A stretch of 32,000 nucleotides of DNA, taken from the NCBI RefSeq assembly GCF_000011805.1, contig NC_006840.2; one strand, given 5' to 3'. Below are positions 1 to 8,471 of the stretch, in pieces. Each line of letters opens with the position of its first letter. The first letter of the stretch is position 1. The translations under genes were made by a program, and so were the position numbers. The notes under the pieces are model-generated. The model saw only the letters and a program-made list of their open reading frames with translations. It was not told where the DNA came from and did not search any database. This DNA is from Aliivibrio fischeri ES114. GTDB taxonomy: Bacteria > Pseudomonadota > Gammaproteobacteria > Enterobacterales > Vibrionaceae.

Positions 1-1089
1 GCGATGGACAGCATTAAATCACAAGGTTACAAAAAGGGTCTTATCGTTACTGATAACGTACTAGTTGCAATTGGTATGGTTAAACAAGTATCAGATTTAT
101 TAGCAGAGCGCGGTGTTGAAGTTGCTGTGTTTGATGGTACGCAACCAAACCCAACAATCGGTAACGTAAATGCAGGTTTAAAAATTCTTAAAGATAATGA
201 GTGTGACTTCGTTATCTCTTTAGGTGGTGGTTCTCCTCACGATTGTGCTAAAGGTATTGCTTTAGTTGCTGCAAATGGTGGTGAGATTGCTGATTATGAA
301 GGTGTTGATCAGTCAGCTAAGCCACAATTGCCTCTAATTGCAATTAATACAACGGCTGGTACGGCATCTGAAATGACGCGTTTCTGTATCATTACTGATG
401 AAGCTCGTCACATTAAGATGGCGATTGTAGATAAGCACACGACACCATTGATGTCTGTAAATGATCCTGAATTAATGCTTGCTAAACCTGCATCATTAAC
501 AGCAGCAACAGGTATGGATGCGTTAACGCACGCTATTGAAGCATACGTATCAATTGCAGCAACACCAGTAACTGATGCTGTAGCAATTAAAGCAATGGAA
601 CTTATCCAAGCGCATTTACGTACAGCGGTTAACGACGGTCAAAACCTAGAAGCTCGTGAGCAAATGGCTTATGCACAATTCATGGCGGGCATGGCATTTA
701 ACAATGCGTCTTTAGGTTATGTTCACGCAATGGCACACCAACTAGGTGGTTTCTACGACCTTCCACACGGCGTATGTAATGCGATTCTTCTTCCTCACGT
801 ACAAAGCTACAATGCTAAAGTATGTCCAGAACGTCTAAAAGACGTTGCAAAAGCAATGGGCGTAAACGTTGAAGGCATGACAAATGAAGAAGGCGCTCAA
901 GCTGCATTAGAAGCGATTAAACAATTATCACAAGATGTTGGTATTCCTTCTGGTCTAACAGAGCTTAACGCTAAAGAAGAAGATTTTGATACGCTTGCTG
1001 AAAATGCATTAAAAGATGCATGTGGTTTTACTAACCCTAAACAAGCGACGCACGAAGAAATCGTAAGTATCTTCAAAGCAGCAATGTAA
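1..1089 (+). CDS. yiaY: Iron-containing (group III) alcohol dehydrogenase, 5'-truncated by the window edge
   Basis: The frame is open from base 1 (gcg lies in frame before the ATG at 4), so the real start is upstream. The translation carries Fe-ADH hallmarks [25 protein letters not shown] and [13 protein letters not shown]. It is nearly colinear with E. coli YiaY as I recall it. A hairpin plus T-run follows the stop. Confidence 0.9.
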   Translation, partial: AMDSIKSQGYKKGLIVTDNVLVAIGMVKQVSDLLAERGVEVAVFDGTQPNPTIGNVNAGLKILKDNECDFVISLGGGSPHDCAKGIALVAANGGEIADYEGVDQSAKPQLPLIAINTTAGTASEMTRFCIITDEARHIKMAIVDKHTTPLMSVNDPELMLAKPASLTAATGMDALTHAIEAYVSIAATPVTDAVAIKAMELIQAHLRTAVNDGQNLEAREQMAYAQFMAGMAFNNASLGYVHAMAHQLGGFYDLPHGVCNAILLPHVQSYNAKVCPERLKDVAKAMGVNVEGMTNEEGAQAALEAIKQLSQDVGIPSGLTELNAKEEDFDTLAENALKDACGFTNPKQATHEEIVSIFKAAM

Positions 1090-1122
1090 TTATTATAGAT
1101 AAAAGTATTAATTAGTTTTAGA

Positions 1123-1152
1123 AAGGTCTAACAATAGTTAGGCCTTTTTTTT
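1123..1152 (+). terminator. Rho-independent terminator after the alcohol dehydrogenase gene
   Basis: aggtctaa (1124-1131) pairs with ttaggcct (1138-1145) with one G.U pair. The loop is 6 nt. A run of 8 T (1145-1152) follows. Confidence 0.75.
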
Positions 1153-1248
1153 GATTCTTGCTTCCACGTTAGGGTATGCTTATGATCTTTTTATCTGATT
1201 AAGTCGTAGAAGATGTGATCTTCTCATTAAAAAAGGCAGTAAATTAGC

Positions 1249-1848
1249 ATGGCAAACGTAAGAGCTCGTATAGAGTTAATGGTAGGGCAAAAAAGTAATA
1301 TCCCTGCGGAGATGCTTTCATTTGAAGGGCTAGAGACTGACAAAGAGCACGTTGCTGTTGTTTTTAATCAAGCTGATAAACATCAATCCACTCCCTTAGT
1401 ACGTATGCATTCTGAGTGTTTAACAGGGGATGTCTTTCATTCATCTCGTTGTGATTGTGGTGAACAATTAGAAGAAACTATTAATCGTATGTCTGAAAGT
1501 GGCGGTATTATTTTATACCTACGCCAAGAGGGACGCGGTATTGGTTTATATAATAAATTAGATGCTTATGAATTACAGAGCCAAGGTATGAATACCTATG
1601 AGGCAAATAATCATTTAGGATTTGGTGATGATTTACGTGACTTCAAAGAAGCGGCACAAATGCTTGAAGCACTGAATATATCTAAGATAAAGCTAGTTAC
1701 GAATAATCCAAAAAAGATTAAGGATATTCAAAACTACGGTATTGAAATTGATGAAGTTGTTAATACTCATGCCCATGTAAAACAAGGCAACGAGCATTAT
1801 TTACATTCAAAGGCCGCACACGGGCATAAGTTAAATTTTGATAAATAA
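1249..1848 (+). CDS. ribA: GTP cyclohydrolase II
   Basis: 199 aa. It carries the zinc/catalytic motif [21 protein letters not shown] and the segments RQEGRGIGL and TNNPKK. It is colinear with E. coli RibA (196 aa). An AAAAGG sequence lies upstream of the ATG. Confidence 0.93.
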   Translation: MANVRARIELMVGQKSNIPAEMLSFEGLETDKEHVAVVFNQADKHQSTPLVRMHSECLTGDVFHSSRCDCGEQLEETINRMSESGGIILYLRQEGRGIGLYNKLDAYELQSQGMNTYEANNHLGFGDDLRDFKEAAQMLEALNISKIKLVTNNPKKIKDIQNYGIEIDEVVNTHAHVKQGNEHYLHSKAAHGHKLNFDK

Positions 1849-1872
1849 TATTGTCTTTATTATTAACTGTTA

Positions 1873-1901
1873 AAAACCTCACTTATTTGTGGGGTTTTTT
1901 T
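1873..1901 (+). terminator. Rho-independent terminator after ribA
   Basis: cctcac (1877-1882) pairs with gtgggg (1889-1894) with one G.U pair. Flanking A/T pairs extend the stem. A T7 run lies at 1895-1901. Confidence 0.7.
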
Positions 1902-1924
1902 ATGAGTTACACAAAATCGGTAAA

Positions 1925-1998
1925 ATAAATGATAAGGATTTGCATTTAGATTCAGAATGAGTATATTACGCAAATAAAAATTATTATCATTAATGAAT
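1925..1998 (+). promoter_or_regulatory. Candidate sigma70 promoter with Fur-box-like sequence upstream of the imelysin cluster
   Basis: TTGCAT (1940-1945), a 16-nt spacer, then TATATT (1962-1967). The 19-mer AAAAATTATTATCATTAAT (1976-1994) matches the Fur consensus GATAATGATAATCATTATC at 13/19 by my manual alignment. It contains AATTAT/TATCAT hexamers. A weaker AT-rich match (about 12/19) lies at roughly 1925-1947. Confidence 0.35.
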
Positions 1999-2058
1999 TC
2001 TTACAGTTTTCAATTAATGGTTTACAAGTCATATTCATTTGCTCAACAAGGACGATTC

Positions 2059-3312
2059 ATGAATCACGTCAAATTTGCTCGAAATTTAATTACCGCATCT
2101 TTATTTGTTATTCCTTCTATTTCACAAGCAACGACTCAATCGGAAGTGGTAGAGCACTATGCTGATATCGCTCATGCTGTTTATAGCGACTCTTTATCTA
2201 CAGCTCAAAAACTGGACAAAGCCATTACTACTTTTTTGAATAATCCTTCTAAAGATGGTTTAGAGACAGTAAAGCTTGCTTGGAAAGAGGCTCGTGTACC
2301 TTATCAACAATCGGAAGTTTTCCGTTTTGGTAATGCGATTGTTGATGAATGGGAAGGGCAATTAAATGCTTGGCCTTTAGATGAAGGCCTAATTGATTAT
2401 GTTGCAGACGATTATCAATATGAATTAGGTAATGATGGCGCTAAAGCGAATATTGTTGCGTCTAAGTCAATAAAGATTGGTGCTGAAACGATTGATGTAA
2501 CATCAATTAAGGCAGAGCAATTAGCAGACTTAAATGAGTTAGGCGGTTCTGAGGCAAATGTAGCAACGGGTTATCATGCCATTGAATTTTTACTTTGGGG
2601 CCAAGACCTAAATGGAACTAACTCTGGTGCCGGTGAGCGTCCATACACTGATTATGTTATCGGTTCTGCGTGTACTAACGGTAACTGTGAGCGCCGAGCT
2701 GAATATTTAAAAGCGGCTTCTGAATTGTTGATTAAAGATCTTTCTTGGATGGAAAAACAATGGAAAGAAGGTGAGAAAAATTATCGTGCTGAGCTTTTAT
2801 CTGAATCATCAGAGCAAGGTTTACGTAAGATGCTATTTGGCATGGGGTCATTATCTCTAGGTGAGTTAGCAGGCGAGCGAATGAAGGTTGCATTAGAAGC
2901 AAACTCAACAGAGGACGAGCACGATTGTTTTTCTGATAATACACATAACTCTCATTACTACAACGAACAAGGTATCTATAACGTCTACACGGGGACTTAT
3001 ACACGAGCTGACGGTTCTCAATTGTCTGGACCAAGTATTCATGATCTCGTTGCAAAGAAAGATGCAAAAGCAGCAAAAGAGATTAAACAGCAGTTTGATG
3101 CAACTCGTACTCAAGTAGGTACATTGGTTTCTGCTGCGGAGAAGGATAATCAACACTTTGATCAATTGATTGCTGCTGATAACGCTGTTGGTAATGCATT
3201 AGTAAACAAATCAATTATGTCGTTAGTTTTGCAAACCGCTTCTATTGAACGAGCTGCAAACGTTATTGGCATTACGAGTTTAAATCCTGATACAGCAGAT
3301 CACGAATTTTAA
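2059..3312 (+). CDS. Imelysin-like periplasmic protein (peptidase M75 / iron-regulated protein A family)
   Basis: I prefer the start at ATG 2059 (MNHVKFARNLITASLFVIPSISQA, a classic signal peptide) over the ORF-track ATG at 1993. It has the imelysin signatures GYHAIEFLLWGQD (HxxE) and EDEHDCFSDNTH. Confidence 0.8.
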   Translation: MNHVKFARNLITASLFVIPSISQATTQSEVVEHYADIAHAVYSDSLSTAQKLDKAITTFLNNPSKDGLETVKLAWKEARVPYQQSEVFRFGNAIVDEWEGQLNAWPLDEGLIDYVADDYQYELGNDGAKANIVASKSIKIGAETIDVTSIKAEQLADLNELGGSEANVATGYHAIEFLLWGQDLNGTNSGAGERPYTDYVIGSACTNGNCERRAEYLKAASELLIKDLSWMEKQWKEGEKNYRAELLSESSEQGLRKMLFGMGSLSLGELAGERMKVALEANSTEDEHDCFSDNTHNSHYYNEQGIYNVYTGTYTRADGSQLSGPSIHDLVAKKDAKAAKEIKQQFDATRTQVGTLVSAAEKDNQHFDQLIAADNAVGNALVNKSIMSLVLQTASIERAANVIGITSLNPDTADHEF

Positions 3313-3361
3313 TTCTAAGAAAAAGCAGTAATACAATGATATCAACCTAGAAATAGGTGTT

Positions 3362-3410
3362 AGCTCAATCACATTTCCCCCGATTTAGTGATTGAGCTCT
3401 TTTCTTTTTT
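3362..3410 (+). terminator. Hairpin terminator/attenuator between imelysin gene 1 and the di-haem gene
   Basis: An 11-bp perfect stem, agctcaatcac (3362-3372) with gtgattgagct (3388-3398), and a 15-nt loop. The T-rich tail cttttctttttt (3399-3410) follows. Confidence 0.6.
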
Positions 3411-3491
3411 CTATTGTGGTTATTGAAATAATAACGATAAACAATACCCATCGATACCCATAATAATATGACGATCAGGATGTGCGACTTT

Positions 3492-4895
3492 ATGAAACCC
3501 GCAATGCTTGGAGCAATAACTTTATTATCTACATTTTCTTTTTCTTCTTTCTCAGCTGATGTTAACCCTATTGATGTTGCCTCTGGTGGTAAGACAAGCG
3601 TAAAAAAAGAGGGGCAGAATGCCTTTTCTTTGCCTGCTGCAAATTTACCTATGAGTAAACGACTAGACTTTAGTGTCGGTAACAGTTTCTTTCGTAATCC
3701 TTGGGTACAAGCACCCGCGTCAACAGATGCCAGAGATGGACTCGGCCCTTTATTTAATACTAACGGTTGTCAAAATTGTCATATTAAAGATGGTAGAGGA
3801 CATGCTCCTCGAGAAGGCGATACAAATGCTGTATCTATGCTTGTTCGATTAAGTATTCCTGCTTTTACTCCAGAGCAGAAAAAACGCATTCTTTTAGAAG
3901 GTGTGATCCCTGAGCCTACTTATGGTGGGCAGCTTCAAGATTTCTCGTTACCTGGATTAAAGCCAGAAGGACAAATACACATTACCTATAATGATCTATC
4001 TGTAACGCTTTCTGATGGTTACGTTGTCACATTACGAAAGCCAAATTTGACCATTACTGAATTAGCTTATGGTGACATGGATGAGAATGTAATGATGTCT
4101 GCACGAATTGCCCCACCAATGATCGGTTTAGGTTTATTAGAATCGATCCCTGAAAAAACAATCCTTGGTTTTGCTGAACAACAAAAGAATGAAAATAAAG
4201 GCGTTTCAGGTAAAGCAAACCGAGTGTGGGATGCAAAAACAAAGCAACTTGAATTAGGACGTTTTGGTTGGAAAGCTGGACAACCGACACTTATGCAACA
4301 AAATGCGGCAGCGTTTAACGGGGATTTAGGCTTAACGAGCAATATGTTCCCGAAAGATGATTGTACTCAGGCTCAGGCAGCATGTGCGAAGCTTCCCCAT
4401 GGCGGTGAGCCTGAGGTTAGCGATAAGATTTTAAATTTTGTTGAATTTTATTCTCAGCATTTAGCGGTTCCAGTTCGTCGAAATGTAAATGATCCCGAAG
4501 TTATTAAAGGTCAAAAACTATTTAAAGATATTGGCTGTGAAAGCTGTCATAAAAGCAATATACAAACAGCAAAAATTAAAAACAGACCTGCGTTATCTAA
4601 CCAGTTAATTCACCCTTATACTGATTTATTACTTCATGATATGGGGGAAGGGCTTGCAGATAATAGACCGGAGTTTTTAGCGAATGGGCAAGAATGGCGA
4701 ACGCCGCCATTGTGGGGACTTGGCTATACACAGGAAGTGAATGGACATACAGAAATGCTGCATGATGGTCGAGCTAGAAATGCATTAGAAGCGATTCTTT
4801 GGCATGGTGGTGAAGCCCAAACAGCTCGTGATGCCGTAGTTAAATTATCAACGCAAGATCGCAATGCGTTACTTGAATTTTTGAACTCATTATAA
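3492..4895 (+). CDS. Di-haem cytochrome c-type oxidoreductase (DUF1111 / 'thiol oxidoreductase' family)
   Basis: The start at ATG 3492 gives MKPAMLGAITLLSTFSFSSFSA, a signal peptide, with AGGA upstream. There are two CxxCH haem-binding motifs, GCQNCH and GCESCH. The size (about 467 aa) and the position between two imelysin genes fit the conserved cluster. Confidence 0.8.
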   Translation: MKPAMLGAITLLSTFSFSSFSADVNPIDVASGGKTSVKKEGQNAFSLPAANLPMSKRLDFSVGNSFFRNPWVQAPASTDARDGLGPLFNTNGCQNCHIKDGRGHAPREGDTNAVSMLVRLSIPAFTPEQKKRILLEGVIPEPTYGGQLQDFSLPGLKPEGQIHITYNDLSVTLSDGYVVTLRKPNLTITELAYGDMDENVMMSARIAPPMIGLGLLESIPEKTILGFAEQQKNENKGVSGKANRVWDAKTKQLELGRFGWKAGQPTLMQQNAAAFNGDLGLTSNMFPKDDCTQAQAACAKLPHGGEPEVSDKILNFVEFYSQHLAVPVRRNVNDPEVIKGQKLFKDIGCESCHKSNIQTAKIKNRPALSNQLIHPYTDLLLHDMGEGLADNRPEFLANGQEWRTPPLWGLGYTQEVNGHTEMLHDGRARNALEAILWHGGEAQTARDAVVKLSTQDRNALLEFLNSL

Positions 4896-4905
4896 AGGAT
4901 AAGCA

Positions 4906-5916
4906 ATGAAACCTAAGTATCTATTACTAAGCAGTACGGTTTTGCTTGCTGCCTGTCAAAGTACTAGCCAAACCTCGACATCAAATGAAATGATTGAGCA
5001 AGTTTATGCTATTGAGCAACAATCCGCTCAACGTTTAGCTGAATCAAGTTTACAACTAGCGCAAAAGTTTGAATCTTATTGTGTAAAGCAGGCTGATAAG
5101 CGAGAGGTTGAAGAACAGTGGCAGCAAACAATGCACTCTTGGATGGCATTACAAGGGCAAGAAAGGGGCCCAGAAGCAGCACTTGCATTAAATTGGAATA
5201 TTCAATTTTGGCCGGATAAAAAAAATACAACAGGTCGAAAAATGTCTCAGTTATTACAACAAGATCTGAGTTGGAATAGTCAGTTAATTCAACAGCAAAG
5301 TGTGACCACTCAAGGTCTTGGAGCCGTTGAATGGTTGCTGTTTGATCAATCATCTACGTTGCCACAACCTGAAGCGTGTCAGTTGGGTAATGCGATTACA
5401 CGCAATTTGGCGCTTAATACGCAAAAAATAGAACAAGCATGGCAAGTTAATCCATGGTCTGAATTTGATCAAACAATGTGGCTAAATGAATATATTGCGT
5501 TGTTAGCGAATCAACTTGATTACAGTATGAAAAAACTGAGTCGTCCACTGGCAAAAATTGGACAACCACGTCCATATTTTGCTGAGTCATGGCGTTCAGA
5601 AAAGTCATTAACGTGGCTTAAATACAATGTTGAAGCAATGCGCACACTTTATATAGCTAATGGTGTCGGTCTTGATAATTATTTACGTAAGCAAGGGCAT
5701 GCAGAGTTAGCCGATCGAATTAATGATCATTTTGATTCTACATTAGCATCGTGGCCTGCATCTTCGTCGTTGTTTGCTGCATTGCAAACTAAATCAGGCT
5801 ATCAAGATACACTCTCTTTATATAACAAATTAGAGTATTTGAAGTACCTAATTCATGAAGAAGTAGCGATAGAGTTGAATATTGTAATAGGGTTCAATGC
5901 AACTGATGGCGATTGA
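4906..5916 (+). CDS. Imelysin-family lipoprotein (second copy)
   Basis: AAGGAT RBS precedes the ATG. The N-terminus MKPKYLLLSSTVLLAAC has a lipobox (LAAC). The imelysin-like core segment is GLGAVEWLLFDQ, where the His of HxxE is replaced by Gly. Confidence 0.7.
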   Translation: MKPKYLLLSSTVLLAACQSTSQTSTSNEMIEQVYAIEQQSAQRLAESSLQLAQKFESYCVKQADKREVEEQWQQTMHSWMALQGQERGPEAALALNWNIQFWPDKKNTTGRKMSQLLQQDLSWNSQLIQQQSVTTQGLGAVEWLLFDQSSTLPQPEACQLGNAITRNLALNTQKIEQAWQVNPWSEFDQTMWLNEYIALLANQLDYSMKKLSRPLAKIGQPRPYFAESWRSEKSLTWLKYNVEAMRTLYIANGVGLDNYLRKQGHAELADRINDHFDSTLASWPASSSLFAALQTKSGYQDTLSLYNKLEYLKYLIHEEVAIELNIVIGFNATDGD

Positions 5917-7015
5917 TAATCATAAACGTAAGTTATTAAAAAGTAGTGCGGCTGCTTTGGCATTGTCACCATGGCTAACAGCGTGTTCTTCTTCGTCGCT
6001 TCAGAGAGAAAAAGCGGCATTGGTATCTTGCTCTCGTACCGCTAATGGGCATTTTAGTGCGGTTGTTGCGGACAGTAACGGTTACCCAATTTATTCGATT
6101 CCACTACCAGAAAGAGGTCATGGTGTTGCTATCTCCCCTAATGGTGAGTTAGGTGTCGCATTTGCTCGACGCCCTGGTAACTATATGCAGTTGTTTAATA
6201 TAGAAACCGGTAAAAGTTATGCCATTACTGCGTCTAGCCCTGACCGCTATTTTTATGGTCATGGTGTGTTTTCTTCTGATGGAATGACTTTGTATACCAC
6301 AGAAGGAGAAAAGAAGACGAGCCAAGGCATTATTGGTGTTTATCAATTGCGTGATCACCAGTTAATTAAAGTAAATGAATTTTCAGGCTTTGGTATTGGC
6401 CCTCATGAAGTGATCTGTGTTGATGACACAACATTAGCGATAGGTGTTGGTGGCGTTCATACAGATGGTAGAACGCCCTTAAATTTAGAGACGATGCAAC
6501 CAGCGTTAGTCTACTTGTCTACTGAGTCTGGAAAAGTGGTTGAACGTGTTGGATTAGCCGATCATAAGTTAAGTATTCGCCATTTATCTCAAACTCATGA
6601 CGGACGCGTGTTATGTGGTCAGCAATATCGAGGAGAGCCAGAAGATGGTGTTCCTTTAGTGGCAATACATCAACGGGGGGGGGCTTTAATTCCACTGAAA
6701 GCAGAACCTGAAGAATGGCTTAGATTTAATCATTACATAGCAAGCATTGCTGTATTAGGAACACATGTTGTTGCCACATCTCCTCGAGGAAATTGTTATG
6801 GTGTCTGGGATCTTGAGACAAACCAGTTAACTGAGATTGCATCACTCGTGGATGCGTCTGGTGTGGTGGTTGAGCAAAGTGGACTTAATTCACCGCAATG
6901 GCATATTAGCTCAGGAGCCGGAAAAGTGGTTAACAGAACTGAAAGTGGTATTGTCACAAGTCATCAAACGAATGTGATGTGGGATAACCATTGGAATCGA
7001 ATTCCCCTAAAATAA
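5897..7015 (+). CDS. DUF1513-like protein, predicted beta-propeller-type periplasmic lipoprotein
   Basis: It overlaps the upstream stop (ATG 5897 or 5906; upstream TGA at 5914-5916). The N-terminus HKRKLLKSSAAALALSPWLTAC has a Tat-like basic n-region (KR instead of RR) plus a lipobox (LTAC). Being fourth in the imelysin cluster matches the known DUF1513 partner. The family assignment is from memory. Confidence 0.6.
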   Translation: MQLMAIDNHKRKLLKSSAAALALSPWLTACSSSSLQREKAALVSCSRTANGHFSAVVADSNGYPIYSIPLPERGHGVAISPNGELGVAFARRPGNYMQLFNIETGKSYAITASSPDRYFYGHGVFSSDGMTLYTTEGEKKTSQGIIGVYQLRDHQLIKVNEFSGFGIGPHEVICVDDTTLAIGVGGVHTDGRTPLNLETMQPALVYLSTESGKVVERVGLADHKLSIRHLSQTHDGRVLCGQQYRGEPEDGVPLVAIHQRGGALIPLKAEPEEWLRFNHYIASIAVLGTHVVATSPRGNCYGVWDLETNQLTEIASLVDASGVVVEQSGLNSPQWHISSGAGKVVNRTESGIVTSHQTNVMWDNHWNRIPLK

Positions 7016-7059
7016 TAGCCGTGCTATTCTTAGTGTAATTATTTTAGGAAGAGACAAAT

Positions 7060-7713
7060 ATGAGCTTACAATATCAAATTATTCCTGTGACTTCATACGA
7101 GCAAAATTGTTCAATCGTATGGTGTGATGAAACCATGAAAGGCGTTGTGATCGATCCTGGTGGTGATGTTCAATTGCTGAAACAAGCAATTGAGGCATTA
7201 AATGTTGATGTTGTGCATATGGTATTAACTCATGGTCATTTAGATCATGTAGGTGGTACAGAAGATCTGGCTGCTATTACTAATGCAACGATTGTTGGTC
7301 CGCATAAAGAAGATAATTTCTGGTTGCAAGGTCTTCCAAACCAAAGTGAGCGATTTGGTTTCCCTCACACAGAGGCATTTGAGCCAAGCCAATGGTTAAA
7401 TGAAGGTGATGTGATTGAGTTTGGTAATCAAAAATTAGACGTTCTGCATACGCCGGGTCATACTCCAGGTCACGTAGTACTGTTTAATCAAGAAGCAAAA
7501 ATGGCATTCGTTGGCGATGTACTGTTTAAAGGTGCTATTGGTCGTTCAGATTTCCCTAAAGGGGACTTTGATACGCTTATTTCTTCTATCAAAACAAAAC
7601 TGTGGCCATTAGGTAATGACATGAGATTTGTACCAGGTCATGGTCCAGAGTCAACATTTGGTCACGAGCGTCAAACTAACCCATTTGTCGCTGATAAAAT
7701 GCCACTTTGGTAA
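7060..7713 (+). CDS. gloC: MBL-fold hydrolase, glyoxalase II-type (YcbL/GloC)
   Basis: 217 aa with THGHLDHVGG (the HxHxDH metal motif), HTPGHTPGHV and GRSDFP. It is colinear with E. coli YcbL/GloC as I recall it. AGGAAGAG RBS precedes the start. No terminator separates it from the DUF1513 gene. Confidence 0.85.
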   Translation: MSLQYQIIPVTSYEQNCSIVWCDETMKGVVIDPGGDVQLLKQAIEALNVDVVHMVLTHGHLDHVGGTEDLAAITNATIVGPHKEDNFWLQGLPNQSERFGFPHTEAFEPSQWLNEGDVIEFGNQKLDVLHTPGHTPGHVVLFNQEAKMAFVGDVLFKGAIGRSDFPKGDFDTLISSIKTKLWPLGNDMRFVPGHGPESTFGHERQTNPFVADKMPLW

Positions 7714-7771
7714 GAAATTTTGTAAAAGTGACGGACTTTTCACCATACAGTGTCGTCATGTCTATAAATAT

Positions 7772-7798
7772 GGCGCGTTTTTTGGTATAAAACGCGCT
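7772..7798 (+). terminator. GC-rich stem-loop downstream of gloC (possible terminator)
   Basis: A 9-bp perfect stem, gcgcgtttt (7773-7781) with aaaacgcgc (7789-7797), and a 7-nt loop. The 3' tail is not a clean T-run, so function is uncertain. Confidence 0.35.
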
Positions 7799-7915
7799 TC
7801 GCCAATTCCAATACAACTATTTGGGTTACATTTTAGGAATTGACATCTTTTTTCCGCTATCAATTTGAGAGGGTAACTCACAAATATAGATATAGCGCAA
7901 CGGAGTTTAAGTTTC

Positions 7916-8302
7916 ATGAAAATTGCTCACAAACGTAAAGTTCAGTCTAAGCTGCATAAACGCATTAAAGCTAAAGTTACTGCACCAAAAACTGAAGTGA
8001 AAAAAGCAGCTAAACCTGCAAAAGTAGCTAAACCAGTTGAGAAAAAAGTGGAAGCAGTAGTTGCAGAAGCACCAAAAGCAGCAGCAGCAGACATCGCACT
8101 TACGCCAAAGCAACAGACTGTATTTGACATTGTTTGTCAAAATCCTGAAGGCATCAATTCAAAAGAAATTGGTCTTGCAGCTGGTCAAGAAGAAGCAAAA
8201 GCGGCAGCATGGGCAACAGGTGGCTTGAAGAAGCTAGTTGAAGAAAACCTAGTTGTACGTGAACAACTTGCTGGTAATAAAGTGATTTATAAAGCGGCTT
8301 AA
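7916..8302 (+). CDS. Small basic protein: Lys/Ala/Pro-rich histone-H1-like N-terminal half plus winged-helix-like C-terminal half
   Basis: GGAG lies 9 nt upstream of the ATG. Residues 1-60 are low complexity (KAKVTAPKTEVKKAAKPAKVAKPVEKKVEA..). Residues about 62-128 (LTPKQQTVFDIV..GINSKEIGLAAG....GGLKKLVEENLVVRE..GNKVIYK) follow a MarR/TrmB-type wHTH pattern. A strong terminator follows. Confidence 0.7.
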   Translation: MKIAHKRKVQSKLHKRIKAKVTAPKTEVKKAAKPAKVAKPVEKKVEAVVAEAPKAAAADIALTPKQQTVFDIVCQNPEGINSKEIGLAAGQEEAKAAAWATGGLKKLVEENLVVREQLAGNKVIYKAA

Positions 8303-8332
8303 TCGTTTAATAAACTATTTTATAGACACAAA

Positions 8333-8358
8333 GAAGCCGAGATTACCTCGGTTTTTTT
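8333..8358 (+). terminator. Rho-independent terminator
   Basis: ccgag (8337-8341) pairs with ctcgg (8347-8351), extended by G.U and A-T pairs. A T7 run lies at 8352-8358. Confidence 0.75.
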
Positions 8359-8412
8359 GTGCCTTGAAAATGATGTTTAGATAGTACCAATTCCATTAAT
8401 GACCATCTAATT

Positions 8413-8450
8413 ATAAAAATAAAGGGCATACTAAGATGCCCTTTATTTTT
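8413..8450 (-). terminator. Rho-independent terminator (usable in both directions) after the minus-strand secreted-protein gene
   Basis: aaagggcat (8421-8429) pairs with atgcccttt (8436-8444). A/T runs lie on both sides. Confidence 0.7.
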
Positions 8451-8471
8451 GTCATTCTGATTGATGTGAAT

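Noticed and set aside
1090-1248. A possible FMN (RFN) riboswitch upstream of ribA. A small hairpin agaagat-gtg-atcttct lies at 1208-1224.
   Set aside because: Only about 95 nt remain after the upstream terminator. I cannot find the conserved RFN core segments. The 7-bp hairpin alone is not diagnostic.
1993-2058. N-terminal extensions offered by the ORF track: imelysin from 1993, di-haem gene from 3468, tyrP to 10791, gyrA from TTG 19982.
   Set aside because: In each case an internal ATG gives a canonical signal peptide or the conserved N-terminus. The extension overlaps promoter or operator sequence (Fur-like box, TyrR boxes) or lacks an RBS.
3411-3491. A second Fur-box candidate in front of the di-haem gene, in AT-rich sequence around gaaataataacgataaacaat.
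   Set aside because: The best manual alignment to the 19-bp Fur consensus reaches only about 10/19. That is indistinguishable from background in AT-rich DNA.
2732-6358. Antisense ORFs inside the imelysin cluster genes: 2732-3076, 2905-3165, 4054-4290, 4067-4342, 4724-4906, 5009-5353 and 6149-6358.
   Set aside because: All are fully embedded opposite well-supported CDSs. Their translations are low complexity or Cys/Leu/Ser-rich. They lack an RBS and any motif. They are typical shadow ORFs.
7628-8140. ORFs 7628-7843 (+), 7907-8140 (-) and 7942-8130 (-).
   Set aside because: The first overlaps the gloC 3' end and runs through the intergenic hairpin. The other two are antisense shadows of the Lys/Ala-rich gene, and their Cys/Phe-rich or Ala-rich translations mirror its low-complexity codons.
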